Source: Vicugna vicugna (taxonomy: Eukaryota). From it: a stretch of 64,000 bases of DNA. The notes beneath the pieces are model-generated. The model searched no databases and was not told where the DNA came from. It was given only the letters and a program-made list of their open reading frames with translations. Shown piece after piece: positions 26,350 through 38,860 of the stretch. Each line of letters opens with the position of its first letter. The first letter of the stretch is position 1. A program made the position numbers and the translations under genes. Location: contig MU058289.1 of the NCBI GenBank assembly GCA_013265495.1, positions 1,671,451 through 1,735,450 of the forward strand. Direction: 5' to 3'.

Positions 26350-27000
26350 CCTGCTGCACTCTAGTAATCTCTTGATTATTCCTTCTTTGGTCTTTCTCTG
26401 CTCCATTCAACCAATGGAGTGATCTTTCTGAAACTGAAATCTGACCACATGACTCACCTGTGGAAACTTTTTCTGTGTGACTGCCTCTGAATAAAGTCTA
26501 CAGTCCTTGGCACATAACCCAAGACCATGTGGGATCTGGCTTCTGCCAGTCCCTGGTCTCATCCCCTCCCCATGTGTACCATCTATGCTTTGGTCACCCT
26601 GCCCTGCTTGGAATTCTGGAACATGCCATGCTCTTTCATGCCTTCTTGGCTTTTCATATGCTAGTCTCTTCCCCGACATCCCCCCACCCACAAGGGCCCA
26701 GGAAATTCATTTTCTGTCTTGACCATTGGTGTAAATATTCTTTTCTGTCTGAAGCTCCTTTGAATCTCTCTAGCAGGGCTGACACCTTCCTCCTCTGTGC
26801 CCTCAGTGTCTTTAAATCATGCCTGTTTACGTGCTTATGGTAGTCTCTGGTACTCACTGGTTTTTCATGCCTGTCTCTCTAACTAAAATGACCTCTTCAC
26901 GGGCAGGAACAGTGTGTCATATTTGGTGTTATGTGCCCTGTTCCTATCCAAGTGCTTGACATAAGGCATGTGTTAGATCAATACTGTGTTGACTTAAATT
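26350..27000 (+). mobile_element. L2 3' region
   Basis: gtgatctttctgaaac..aaatctgaccacatgactc..gggcaggaacagtgtgtc..gtgcttgacata. Confidence 0.65.
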
Positions 27001-28229
27001 CAGGACTGGCCTAAGTAGGGATATGATGATAGTTTAATAGGAACAGGGAAAGAGGGCATTGACTGTTGGTGACAGGCCCAAAGTGTCACCAGATTACCTG
27101 CCTGGAAAGATGAGGTTAGATGGATACCTGAGTGGTTGCAGAAAGTCCCACACTCACCTGGGACCAAGGACTGGTATGCAGGTAGGTCTAGACCTTTCCC
27201 GGCTGTGAGGTCACACCAGATTATGGCACGTGAGCCCATCAGCACCTGGGTGGTCACTTAGAGAGACTGTCGGAAGCTTTTGTCCCTTGAGGTCACCCAG
27301 GGGAAAGAGAACAGACCAGCTGCTCAAATGTGGAAGGAAATTTTTTTCCCTTTCTTCCCCCTGAGGTAGTTTAAGCACTTCAAAGAGAACTTCAACTTCA
27401 AGCAATGGTTTATATTAGAGCCTAAACAGAAAATATAAAAGCAGCAGCTTTGCTAAATAAATAAATAATTAGCAGTCTAACCAGGATTTTGAAGTTTATT
27501 ATTTTTTGCATCGTAAGTATAGGATTTTCAACTTCTCACTCTGCCGAGGCTACTGCATACATGAGCCCTGGTGCCTTGAGCATCGTCACAAGTTTTAGAG
27601 TGTGTTACCTGCTGGTGGGGAAAAAGATAATACTATTTCTTTTTAAAACTCTTTTATATGGGCCCTCTTGGGAACCTTGTCCTAAGGTATTCCTTCTCTT
27701 TCCATCAGCCTCTTTCACTGAAAGGCATCCTCTTTTGAAAAGGTGTTTGTTCCCCAAATAGCTCACAGCTATGCAGATGGTCCTGGCCAAACTTTTATGA
27801 AGTTGTGATTCTAAAGATTTGTCTTGTCAATTTCCTGAAAAGGGATGTGGACTTTTTCTTCCTTTACCACGTGGCCACACGGATCATTACCCAGGGTCCC
27901 TGGCTTGCTGGGTGTCATCGGGCACATTTGGAATCCTGTTCTGGAAGAGTGTGAGCAGATCACGTGTGGCTGCCACATCCTGCTGGAGAAGGGTGTTGGC
28001 CTTAGAACAGTGGCCCTTCTCGTTCTCTGTTTTTGTCTGTATAGTTTCTTATAGTCTCCCTTTTGCTCTCTCGTCTCTCCTAATATTTGATATTTAGGAA
28101 GATATGGATTTTTGTCTTAATGGTTATCTTTATAGTGATACATTTATATAATACCCTAAATACCCTCCCCCTTTCCCCTTTTTTTGGGGGGGAGGGGTAC
28201 TGTGTATAGGTTCCCCATCATAAGCAATT

Positions 28230-29230
28230 ATTTTAAAGTCACGGAAAAGTAAGGGTATTGCACAAAGAAATTTTTTTCCTTCCAAATCACTTGAGAATAA
28301 GTTGCTTACCTGACACCCTGTCACCCCTGAATACTTCGGTGTGTGTTTCCTACAAAGAAATACATTCACCAACATAACGTCAATATTATTAGGAAAAGTG
28401 CACTGATACATTACTAACATCAAATCCTCAGACACAACTCATGTTTAACCGATTGTTCTGATGATGTTTTATCCAGCCTAGATCCAGCCAGGATCATGCA
28501 TTGCAATTAGTGGCCATGTCTCTTTACCTGCTTCCATTTGGAATAAGTTCCTCAGTCTTTCTTTCACTTGGATGATCGTGATACTTCGGAAGATTATAGA
28601 CCAGTTAATTTGTAGAATGTCTCTCAAGTTGGGTTTGTCTGATGCCATCCGATGATTAGAATCAGGCTATACACTTCTGGGAAGAATATTACAAAAATGA
28701 TTCTGTCTTCTCAATGTGTCCTATCAGGTGTCACACAAATTTTGATTTGTCCCATTATTGATATGTTCACTGGGATCTCTTGATTAAGGTGATGCTTGCC
28801 AGGCTTCTCTGCTATGAAGTTACTCTTTCCCATTTTTAATTAACTAGTACTTTATAGGGAGGTACTTTGAAACTGTATAAATACTCTGTTCTTCATCAAA
28901 CTTTCAATTCATTCATTCATCATCAGACTCAAGTTTTTTCCCGTTTTATTTGGTGGATTATACTCCATTATTATCATTATTTTGATGCCCAAACTGTCAG
29001 ATTTGGCCAAGGGAGCCTCTTCAAGCTCATTCTTGTGTCCTTCTGACATGTTCCCATCATCCATCGAGAACTTCCTTACTTTCTGGTACAAGATATTCCA
29101 GACACATCTTGTACCCACCTCAGCCCTGGACTCATTTTCCCAAGGAGCCCTAATTTCTTCTATCGTGGACGGATACTTAGAAACTAAGATCTGAGTGCTA
29201 TGTGTGCTTAATGAATTCTGTGATATAGTT
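28230..29230 (-). mobile_element. L1MC-type 3' UTR
   Basis: ccaggatcatgcattgca..tgtagaatgtctctcaagttgggtttgtctgatg..cttgattaaggtg..tgccaggcttctc..gatgcccaaactgtcagatttggcc. Confidence 0.7.
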
Positions 29231-30455
29231 GTTCCCAGGCATACTCAGGGAACATTCATCTCTTTAGTGGATCTATCTGACATGTGTAGAGCACGCCACC
29301 TACCAACACAAGATACATTTTAATCCAGCACACCTGGGACATACACCAAGATGTACCATACCTTGTGTCATAAAACACATCTTAACAAGTTTAAAATTAT
29401 AATCATATGAAGGATGTTCTCTGAGGCAGAGTGAGATTTCATAGAAAATAGGGAGAGAGAAACTGTAGATTATGATTAGAAAAAAACTGTATTGATTTTC
29501 TAATGCTGAATAGCAATATTACCACAAACTGAGTGGCATAAAACAGCACACATTTATTATCTCAATTTTTCTATGGGTCAGGAGTTCAGACATGGCTGAG
29601 ATGAGTCCTATCCTCAGGGTCTCACAAAGCTGCAGTCATGGTGTTGGCCAGGACTGGGTTGGGCTGTCATCTGGAGGTTCAGCTGGGGAAGGATCCACTT
29701 CCCACTCATGTGGTTGTTAACAACATTTAGTTCCTTGAGGTTGTAGGATTGAGATCTGTTTTTTTCTGGCTGTTGGCCCAGGGTGTCCTCAACTTCCAGA
29801 GGCTACCTGCAATTTCTTGCCACTTAGGATTCTGCAGCACGGCCACTTGTTTCCTCACATCCAGCATCCAGCAAGGAGAAAGCTCCAAGAGTGAGGCTGC
29901 AAGCAAGATGGAATCCTGCATAATGTATACTGTCACCTTTGTCATAGTCTGTTGGTTAAAAGCAAGTCAAAGGTCCTGCCCACGCTCAAGGGGAGGGGAT
30001 TATACAAGGGTGTTAATAACAGAATGTGGGAACTTCTGAGGGTCACCTTGGAGTCTGTCCACCACAGTCTAATCCCCAATGATTCATATCTCTCCCACAT
30101 GCAAAATACATTTGCTTTTTTCCCAAGGTCTTTAAGAATCTCATCTCAGTGTGGCATCTACTCAAAGTCAATAATCTCATCATTTAAATTAGGTCCAGGT
30201 ATGGATGAGGTTCCTGGATGTTTTTCTTAGTCTGTCAATCTGTCAAACTAATGAGACAATTTATTGGGCCTGCCACCTCCCCACCAATAAATAGTGTCAG
30301 AATAGGCATAGGATAATAGCTGTAGACAGTCCCACTCAAGAAAGAGGGGGCAAGGAGAGGTACAGAAGAGCCACTGGGTCATAGCAGTTCCAAAATCCAG
30401 CCCAGCAAATGTTGGGAGTTCCTTGATAAAGTTCCAAGACCTGGAAGTAATTATC

Positions 30456-31350
30456 TGCGGTTGTGACATAGTAAGAAATGTATATTTTGTCTCTACCCCT
30501 GGTTTCTGATACAGGGCCCCTAAAACCCTTGTCATTTCCTGAGTGATGAGGTGCCAGGAGTATCTTGTGTTCTAACATTTGGTCTTTGACCCTGGTTTCT
30601 GACACAAGAGCCTCAAAGACCCTTAGAATCCCTGGAGTGATAAGAATGTCTTTTGTATGCTAATGAGGTGACTGGTGGCTGGGGTCTCTAGATAGCTTCA
30701 GGATGAGGGCTGATCACCAGAAAGACCAGTCATAATTAGGAGGTTGAAACTTTCAGCCCCATCCCCTGACCTCTGGGGAGAGAAGTGGTGCTGGAAATTA
30801 AGTTTCATTGCCAATGGCCTGTGATCTAAACAATTATGAGTACATAATGGAGCCTCCACAGAAACCCTAAACAATGGGGGTACGGAGAACTTCTGGGAAG
30901 AATCCATATGCCAGGAAGATGGCACACCCCAAACTCCATGGGGACTGAAGCTCCTGTACTCAGGACCCTTACAGATCTCACCCTATGTACCTCTTCTTCT
31001 GGCTGTGTCCTTTATATTATCCTTCTTATAATAAACCAGTAAATGCAAGTAAAGTGTTTCCCTGAGTTCCATGAGCTGTTATAGCAAATTATTAAACCTA
31101 AGGCTGGGGTCGTAGGAGACTCTAATTTGTAGACAAGTGGGTAAGAAGTGCCAGACCCAGGACTTGCGGTTGACATCTGAAGTGGATCAGTCTTGCGCTT
31201 CTGGAGTCTGATGCTCTCTCCAGGTAGTTTCAGAACTGAACTGAATTGTAGAACATCCAGTTAGTGTCCAGAGAGTTGGTTCTTAGTGTGGGAAAAATCC
31301 CACACATTTGGTGTCAGATGTGTGAGTAGAGAAACAGTTTTCCTTTAGTG
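30456..31350 (+). mobile_element. MER21-like LTR nested in MLT-int
   Basis: gatagcttcaggatgagggctgatcaccagaaagacca..aactttcagcccc..ccccaaactccatggggac.gaagctcctg..ataataaaccagtaaa..cacacatttggtgtcaga. Confidence 0.85.
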
Positions 31351-32400
31351 TTTCTCGGCTCTGCTGTCTGGGATCCTGGTTCTGCCCTTTGAGTCATTCT
31401 TCCTTTTTCATGAAAGGTAGCACGTGTTTGTACCTGGGTTTCATTAGCCTGCTTTCTCCCAATGGAATTTTGGGGGTCCTTCAGCTTTCTTTCATTTGTA
31501 CTCCTTTTCCCTTTCAGTCTATTCTCTGAGTTTCTGCGGAAATAATTTTCTCAAGAACTTTTTGGGCCTTCCATGGGTTTCACTTAAATATACTCCAATA
31601 TAACAAAGCCACACACACACACACACACACAGATCTTTTGAAGATCAGCCTTTCTCTACCTGCGGTTCCTGCCAAGAAGATTGGGGAACATTTTCCTAAA
31701 TGCCTACAGGCTGTATGCTTTGGTTGAGAGACTCTGTGAAGCCCACTCTTCAACTCTTGAAAGAGCACTTTGTATGACTGAATACTCTGACCTTTTTATC
31801 TTTCTGAGATTTAAGTAGGAGTTTGTAGTCACACCTTTAACTTCTTCTGTAGAGCATGCTTTCATAACAGTGCTTAGAAGTCATTTAGCAGTATATTTGG
31901 AAAGGCTGAGAATTTAAAAAATCATCAAGTTCTGGTTCCTTTTCGTTAACAATTCTTCTCTTAACTTATCTCTCTGCTCTCACATTTTACTATAAGCAGC
32001 AAGAAGAAACCAGGAAGCACCTTTAATACTTTGCTTGCAAAATCTCCTTAGCTATCTCACCAAGTTAATTACTTATAAGTTCAGTTTTCCATATAACTGC
32101 AGGAGACAATTTAACTAAGCTTCTGCCACTGCTCAACAAGGCTCCCTCTCCCCCTCTCCTCCATTTTCCGACTGCATGTTCCTCGTTTCCTTCTGAGCTG
32201 TCACCAGCAGTATCCTCCAAATTCAGATTTCTTCTAGCAGGCTCTTTCAGGAAATTTAGACTTTCTCCATGATGCTTGTCAGAATTCTTTCAGCCTCTGC
32301 CCACTGCTTGGTTCAAAGGCCACTCCCACATTTTTAGGTATTTATTACAGTAACACCATACTTCCAGGCAACAAAATCTTTATTAGTTACCTTTTACTGC

Positions 32401-32957
32401 TGTGCAAAAGGTCTGGATTGTCAAAACCTTGCACGTGCCAAAGACAGGTTTGGTCCTTGCCTGGCTCCTGGGAATAGCCTGACTGTTAAGAGTGTCTTTG
32501 TTCAGCTGAGGCCTTGGGCCACACTGGACAGTTTTTGCTAGCCTTGTGATGTAAGTGGGTACCTTGGGCTACAAAGTATGTGCTTCATCTATGGAAGGGC
32601 TGGAGACCGACGGTCAGCCACACAGGCAGTCAGCCTTGCCTACAACCAACTCTCAGTAAAAACCCTGAATACAAAGGCCGGAGTGAGGTTCCTAAGCAAT
32701 GCCCTGTGTGGGTCATCACACACCGTTGCTGGAGATTAAGTGCTGTCCACGTGCCTCCCCTGGGAGAGGACAGCTGGAAGCCTGTGCCTGGTCTCCTCCT
32801 GCACTCTTCTGCTTTGTACGGCTTTCTCTGCTGCTGACTTTAATCTGTATCTTTTCGCTGCAGTAAACTTTAACCATGATTATAATGGCTTTGCTGAATT
32901 CTGTATATTCTTCTAGCCAATTATTGAACTGAGGGTAATCTTGGGGACTCCTGAACA
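32401..32957 (+). mobile_element. MER21/MER68/MER77-group LTR nested in the second MLT1 LTR
   Basis: TG...CA ends; ctgggagaggacagctggaagc..gctgactttaatctgtatc..ctagccaattattgaactgagggtaatcttggggactcctgaaca. Confidence 0.75.
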
Positions 32958-33335
32958 AAACTACATAACAAATTATGACAAACCTAGTGACTTAAAAGGA
33001 AACGCACCTGTTCCTCACAGGTGTCTAGGCATAGATTAGCTGGGTCTCACAGGACTGCAAGCAAGGGATTGGCTGGACTGTGTTCACATCTGGAGGCTCG
33101 ACTGGGGAAGAATCTGCCAGGTTTACCCAGGTTGTTGGCAGAACTCATTTTCTTATAGTTGTAGGACTGAGGGGCCCGGCTTCTTGCTGGCTGTTTGCTG
33201 CCCTTGGGCCCTAGAGGCTGCCTTCAGCTTCTTGGTAAGAAAGCAACATGGGCCTCCCATCACAGCTACTCATTTCTTCACAGCTAGCTTGGGAGAGAGA
33301 GTCCTAGACTGAGTTTGATAGAAAGATGGAGTCTT

Positions 33336-33498
33336 TTTTTTTTTTTTGGATTACATGTTTTAATTTAATTTATTTAATTCTTATTTTTTATTGAAGTGTA
33401 GTCGATTTACAATGTCAGTTTCAGATGTACAGCAAAGTGATTCAGTTATACATATACATATATACATACATACATACATATTTTTTCAGTTTGTTTTC
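33336..33498 (-). mobile_element. Short L1 3' end with TSD
   Basis: TSD aagatggagtctt at 33323-33335 and 33499-33511. Confidence 0.85.
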
Positions 33499-34472
33499 AA
33501 GATGGAGTCTTAAATAATCTAATTCTGGGAATGACATCCCACCATCACTGCTGATTAGAAGTAAATCACAGGTCCACCCACACTCATGAGGAAAGGATTG
33601 TCCGAGAGTGTGATACCAGAGGGTGGGGTCATTGCAGGGGTTGCCTGAGAGTATGCCCAGTACAGCTCTTAGGAGGAGTTTCACTGTAAAGGAAAAGGAA
33701 AATAGAGCATTAACCAGATGGTGAAGTAAAGTCAAAAACTATTTTTTGAGATGGGAAAAAATGCTTGCTGATGAAAAATGATCCAGTAGAGAGGAAATAA
33801 TTGATGAAATTCTGCTTTGAGAATTTTTTAAATTCTCATTATATTTTTTTAAATATAAATGCAACAAAAATTCGTAGTTTTCCTCTTATGCACCACAAAA
33901 TATATAACTTATGGGTTCTACTTTCCCCAAGTTTGAATAGGGAATGTATATTCTATGAAAATTCAAGAAAGGATGATCATTTGGTGTATGGGAGAAAAAT
34001 CGGAGAGCTTATATTTTTATTTTTTATGATACATTCTGATAATTTTTATATGTTTTGTAATATACATGATATATCAATATTATGAATAATTTATAAACAA
34101 AATACACATACATTTGGGGAGCATGTTAACACATTTTTTTCCTGATAAGGTAGCAAATCAAAAAAACTTTGCAAAGTGCCTTTCCAACCTTATGTCTATG
34201 TTTGGGGAAAATGTTTCATTCTATTTGGTTTCTTTGAGGAATATGTTATAGAAGAGATCATTTAAAACTAATTTTCTGCTCGGGGCATTGCATTTATGAA
34301 AAGATATCACTGGATCAAGACAGACCACCTGTGACTTCAGGAATCTATAGGATTTAAAAATTCTCCCTTTTAAAATGTTTAAGGTATAGAAATTATTTTT
34401 GCAAAACACTTCTGGTAATGCAAAACATATATTTACATTGTTATTTCAGTATTTACTGATTTCCGTAAATCT

Positions 34473-34615
34473 TATTTTGTTTTGTTTTGGGGGGAGGTAA
34501 TTAGGTTTATTTATTTATTTATTATTATTTTTATTTAACTGAGGGTACTGGGGATTGAACCCATGACCTCCTGCATGCTAAGCACACACTCTACCACTGA
34601 GCTATACCCTCCCCC
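34473..34615 (-). mobile_element. tRNA-Ala-derived SINE, long form
   Basis: SINE body with the tail gggggaggtaattaggtttattt. TSD gatttccgtaaatct / gacttccttaaatct. Confidence 0.9.
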
Positions 34616-35107
34616 GACTTCCTTAAATCTAATAATCCTATTTTAGTAATAGTAAATGTGACATATGACTCAAGTTAAATGGTTGAATTTATGTTAAATA
34701 CTGATAGTTGGACCATTTTCTTGCATATTAGGGCATTTTCCTGACTTAGAGCTGAGCCTACTTAGATCATAATTTTGGCCCAATAAGCTATGAACTGAAG
34801 CAATTTGATGAGTTTAATGAGGAAGAGTTTGGTACCCTGTCTTTTATAATGTTCCTGTTCACTGAGAGAATTCCAGAAAGACTTGGCATTTAGGACCCAA
34901 CCACAGTGCCATTTTATTTGTTTTTCTGAGATATACTCCAGGCCTCAGAACAGTGGATGTTGCCACTGGGAGCACACGTGGAGATGCCTTATCAATTGTG
35001 TGACAATCCCTTTGTCTGGGATGGCGACACATTTTTCAGTCTCCTAAAATACACATTTCTCAATCTTCAGCCTTTGAATGGTTTTGCCTACAGAAAAACC
35101 TGGGTGC

Positions 35108-35122
35108 AGTGCCCCCTGCTGG
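35108..35122 (-). promoter_or_regulatory. Near-consensus CTCF core motif
   Basis: Minus strand reads CCAGCAGGGGGCACT, preceded by ctgccattca. Lies in non-repeat-looking DNA. Motif only; binding is not shown. Confidence 0.6.
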
Positions 35123-35942
35123 TGAATGGCAGCTGTGAGTTTGCCTCATGTCAGTGATGGACAGAGTGGGTCCCTTTGCTGACACTGAGCCGGGGGTGAT
35201 GCTAAGCCTGCCAGGTCATTTTAGATCAGGTCATTAGAGGAACAGAAGGTCGAATCAATACAAAACGAGCAGCTCACAGTTTTCTCTACATTTTTTAGAC
35301 ATGTGATGATTTGCTATAGTTCAGTTTGGCTGATAAAATATGAACACTTCACAAACATGTTTGTATTTCAGCCTCTGCCTTAGTTCATTTAACAAGCCAT
35401 TTTGCCCTGATTCTCAGGAGCTGTATTCTTGTTCAGTAAGGGAAACCTAACTTGAGCCTTGGCAGAGAAGATTTTAAACATGAAATATTTTAGAAACATT
35501 CATTTTGTTAGAAATTAGAAAAGCACTTTAAACAATAGGCATCTTTTTTATTTCATTGATATGAATCAGCATACATTTGTGCTGGTTTCTAAATGATGAT
35601 GATCATGTTAAAAAATTAATTAAAACTAGAACCACATTAGTGTTTAGATTATTATTTTAACTTTAGCCTCTGGTGAATGTGATTGTTTTATAAGGAATAA
35701 CTAGTAAATTATTAATTTTGTTCCCGTAGTGGGTGGGTCTAATTTCTTTGTATACATCTGTGGTGTGTGACATTTTTGATTGCCTTTAATCCAGGAAAGT
35801 AGTACACCCTTCAGGATTTTAGGGTCTAAGGTTAGTGAACATGTGGCTAGTCTACTTAGATATTTCCAGTGTGGTAGGAGGAAAACCACAAGAATGTGTG
35901 TCCTCAAACCCAAGTGAAAAACATGTATCAGGAGGGAGGGAT

Positions 35943-36103
35943 GGGGGACGGTATGGCTCAGTGGTAGAGTGCATGCTTAGCATGTGCAAGGTCTTGGGTT
36001 CAATCCCCATCACCTCCATCGAAATAAATCAATTAATACATACATATACACATACATACATACATAAACCTAATTGCCTCCCCCCTCAAAAAAATAAAAA
36101 AAA
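35943..36103 (+). mobile_element. tRNA-Ala-derived SINE, long form, inside a degraded L2
   Basis: ggtatggctcagtggtagagtgcatgcttagcatgtgcaaggtcttgggttcaatcccc..aaacctaattgcctccccc plus A-tail. Confidence 0.9.
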
Positions 36104-36276
36104 AGGGGAGAGTGATCACTCTGTTGAATGAATACTGAGAATCAATCACTGTGGAGGTCACTGTAATCTTGGCAGGGGAAGTTTTGGTGGAGTGGTGGGA
36201 CAAAAGTCTGATCAGACTTTTTTTTTTTATAAGGGTTTATAAGAGAATGGACTTTTCCTTATGTTAAAAAAAATGA

Positions 36277-36844
36277 CCAGAAAGAGAAAGAAAGATGCCA
36301 TATGATATCACTCATATGTGGAATCTAAAACAGAAGAAGAAGAAAGAAGAAGAAGAAAGAAGAAGAAGAAAGAAGAAGAAGAAAGAAGAAGAAGAAAGAA
36401 GAAGAAGAAAGAAGAAGAAGAAAGAAGAAGAAGAAAGAAGAAGAAGAAAGAAGAAGAAGAAAGAAGAAGAAGAAAGAAGAAGAAGAAAGAAGAAGAAGAA
36501 AGAAGAAGAAGAAGAAGAAGAAGAGGAAGAGGAAGAGGAAGAGGAACTTAAATATAAAACAGAAACAGACTCACAGACATAGAATACAAACTGTGGTTCC
36601 CAGGGGGAGGCGAGTGGGAAGGGACAGACTTGGGGTTTGAGATTTGTAGATACTGACAGGTATATATAGAATAGATAAACAAGTTTACATTGTATAGCAC
36701 AGGGAAATATATACAAGATCTTGTAGTTGCTCATGGTGAAAAAGAATATGAAAATGAATATATGTATATTCATGTATAACTGAAAAATTGTGCTGTATAC
36801 CAGAAATTGACACAACATTGTAACCTGACTATAACTCAATGAAA
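36277..36844 (+). mobile_element. Young camelid-type L1 3' end
   Basis: ccatatgatatcactcatatgtggaatctaaaa...tgtatagcacagggaa...gactataactcaat. Flanked by ttaaaaaaaa(a)tga on both sides. Confidence 0.9.
36333..36546. repeat. (GAAGAAGAAGAAA)x13 + (GAA)x7 + (GAGGAA)x4 pure purine array
   Basis: Counted directly: 13-mer units at 36333-36501, (GAA)7 at 36502-36522, (GAGGAA)4 at 36523-36546. Confidence 0.95.
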
Positions 36845-37439
36845 TTAAAAAAAAATGAGACTAATCTAAACTTCCAATAGTAAAGATTTGGTTAAATGCA
36901 CTTTGGTATACCCATACAATGGAACAGTGTGCTTTCAGCCCATTAAAAAGCAAGTTATAAAATAGTTAATGTCCTGGGGAAATGTACACAAAATTGTATG
37001 TGAAAAAATGAGTCTACAAAGTAGTATGTTCGGTGTGATTGAAAATTTATTTTGAATTTTCCCTATATTCTAGTGAATGCATGTATTTTTACTTTGAAAA
37101 TAACAATTAATTTCAAAAACAGTTAAAATGATGAATTAAATCTTACTTCAACTTTATTGTGAGCTAAATAGGGTTCTGTATGTTGGCTTACAGGACAGAT
37201 GTATTCAGCCATCATATAAATTAATTTATAAGTTAACATACACTTTCATAAGTTTACAGATGTATGCTTAACTTCATGTACTGTTCAAGACCCTGAAAAT
37301 AAAACCTACAATACATACAAAAAAAAATAAATAAAAGAGAGAGCGAGAATGGACTTTTCCTCTTCCTCATCCTTTCCTTCCACCACTTTCTTTTCTTTCA
37401 TTTCCTGAACAAATCAGTTTAAAATCCATTAGATAAGGC

Positions 37440-38860
37440 CAAGCAAATTAGATATCCATACATGGTGGTAGGAAGCTCCAGTACCCTATAGGAGGTGTCC
37501 ACTGATGTCCTACAAAGGAGGGTATCCACATGCAGGGAGACTGCCCAGCATGGGTGTTGGAGCTAATCAGGGGGAGGATCAGTGGTCTGATACAGGGCAT
37601 TGGGACCTGAGTGGGATAAAGTGGATGGGTCGCCCAGCTGGAGGTGCAGGGCTTTGGGATGAGAATGGCATTCATGTATAATAATAACCAGAGTAGATTG
37701 TCTGTATCTGAGTAGGGTGAGGAGGTTTTCTGCACAGGAAGGCAGCCTGGTGTGTGGTGTTGGAGCCCTAATGGGGTGAGGAGGAATCCCCACATGCTGG
37801 GCAGCTTGGTGTGGGGTGTCAGAGTCCAAGCAGAACAAAGAAGGCATGCCTATGGTGGCAGTGGAAAGGCCACTTGGCTGGGTGTCAGAACGTGAGTGGG
37901 AGAAAGATGGCTGGTGTAGGAAAGTATAAGATAAACCTGGAACATCATATGCCAGAAAGTATGCATGTATTTAAAAAATGATGGTGACATAGCAAACAGA
38001 CACAGAAACTGTGTCAAAGGGCTTCCACTAGCCAAATCTGGGACAATTGAAACATCAGAATAGTGAGAGTAATGGATTGAAGAAAATAGAAATCCATGAG
38101 TTCACACTGTTATACATCAGTGAATGAATAAATTGGATGTTTGATGAGGAGGTTTCAAAATACCTCCCTACAAAATACTTACTAATTATAAAGAGGAAAA
38201 GTAACTCTGCGGGACAGAAGTCTGCCTCGCTCCCTTAATCAAGTGAGCAAACAACATCATCAGGTAAGGAACAGATGGAAATCATGGACTGCTTGATAAG
38301 ATGCAGTGAGACAGTCACAGCGTCACTATGCCAAAGAGACATAACCCACTTCTAAAGAGGTAAAGCCACATTAGTGGGGAGGGTATAGCTCAAGTGGTAG
38401 AGCGCATGCCTAGCAGACACAAGGTCCTGGGTTCAATCCCCAGTACCTCCCCTAAAATAAATAAACCTAATTACCACCCTCCCCCAACCAAAAAAAAAAA
38501 AAAAAAAAAAAAGGAGGTAAAGCCACATTGATGGACACTCTACTAGTTAACCGACCTATAATCTTTAAAAATGTCCAGACCAGGGAAGTCAAGGATAGAC
38601 TAAGGAAGTGATCCAAATTCAGGAGACTAGAGGGACAGGACAACTGAATCACGTATGATTCTGAACTGAATGGTTTTGTTACACTGGATATTGTTGGACA
38701 GAGCTTGGATGCAGTCTGAGGGTTAAATGGGAGTAGCATATTCGGTGTTAATTTTCTTATTTGGATATTTTTCTGTGGTTTAATGTGCGGATGTTCCTTC
38801 TTTGTTGGAACTGTGCAGTAAATTATTCAAGAGTGATGAGGTATCACATTGGCAGCTCCT
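37440..38860 (+). mobile_element. L1MC-type 3' UTR region
   Basis: gggcttccactagccaaatctgggacaattg..caaaatacctccc.acaaaatactta..ccttaatcaagtga..ggatagactaaggaa. Confidence 0.65.
38373..38513 (+). mobile_element. tRNA-Ala-derived SINE, long form, young
   Basis: Long homogeneous A-tail. Perfect 16-bp TSD gaggtaaagccacatt (38357-38372 and 38514-38529). Confidence 0.95.

Larger units (their letters stand above)
29488..33664 (-). mobile_element. MaLR (MLT1) LTR-internal-LTR provirus remnant with nested insertions
   Basis: LTR at 29488-30065. MLT-int hallmark cagcctctgcccac..ggccactcccacatttttaggtattt..ccaggcaacaaaatc at about 32290-32378. Second, related LTR at about 32379-33664. Outer TSD not recognisable. 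Confidence 0.7.
36260..37344 (+). pseudogene. L1-mediated retroposed insert (3' UTR-like retrocopy or transduced sequence)
   Basis: Perfect 17-bp TSD gagaatggacttttcct (36243-36259 and 37345-37361). AATAAA at 37298-37303 and an A-rich tail from 37319. Source unknown. Confidence 0.7.

Noticed and set aside
30500..30630. Direct repeat ccctggtttctga..ccctt
   Set aside because: Internal duplication within the MER21-like LTR, most likely part of that element.
34931..35157. Possible coding exon (MLPLGAHVEMPYQ... or YTPGLRTVDVATG...)
   Set aside because: No recognisable protein, weak acceptor and no clear donor.
36295..36839. ORFs with poly-K/E/R or poly-S/F/L tracts
   Set aside because: Translations of the GAA array inside an L1 3' UTR, not proteins.
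38373..38455. tRNA gene calls at the SINE copies
   Set aside because: A-tails, TSDs and imperfect acceptor stems show they are retroposed SINEs.
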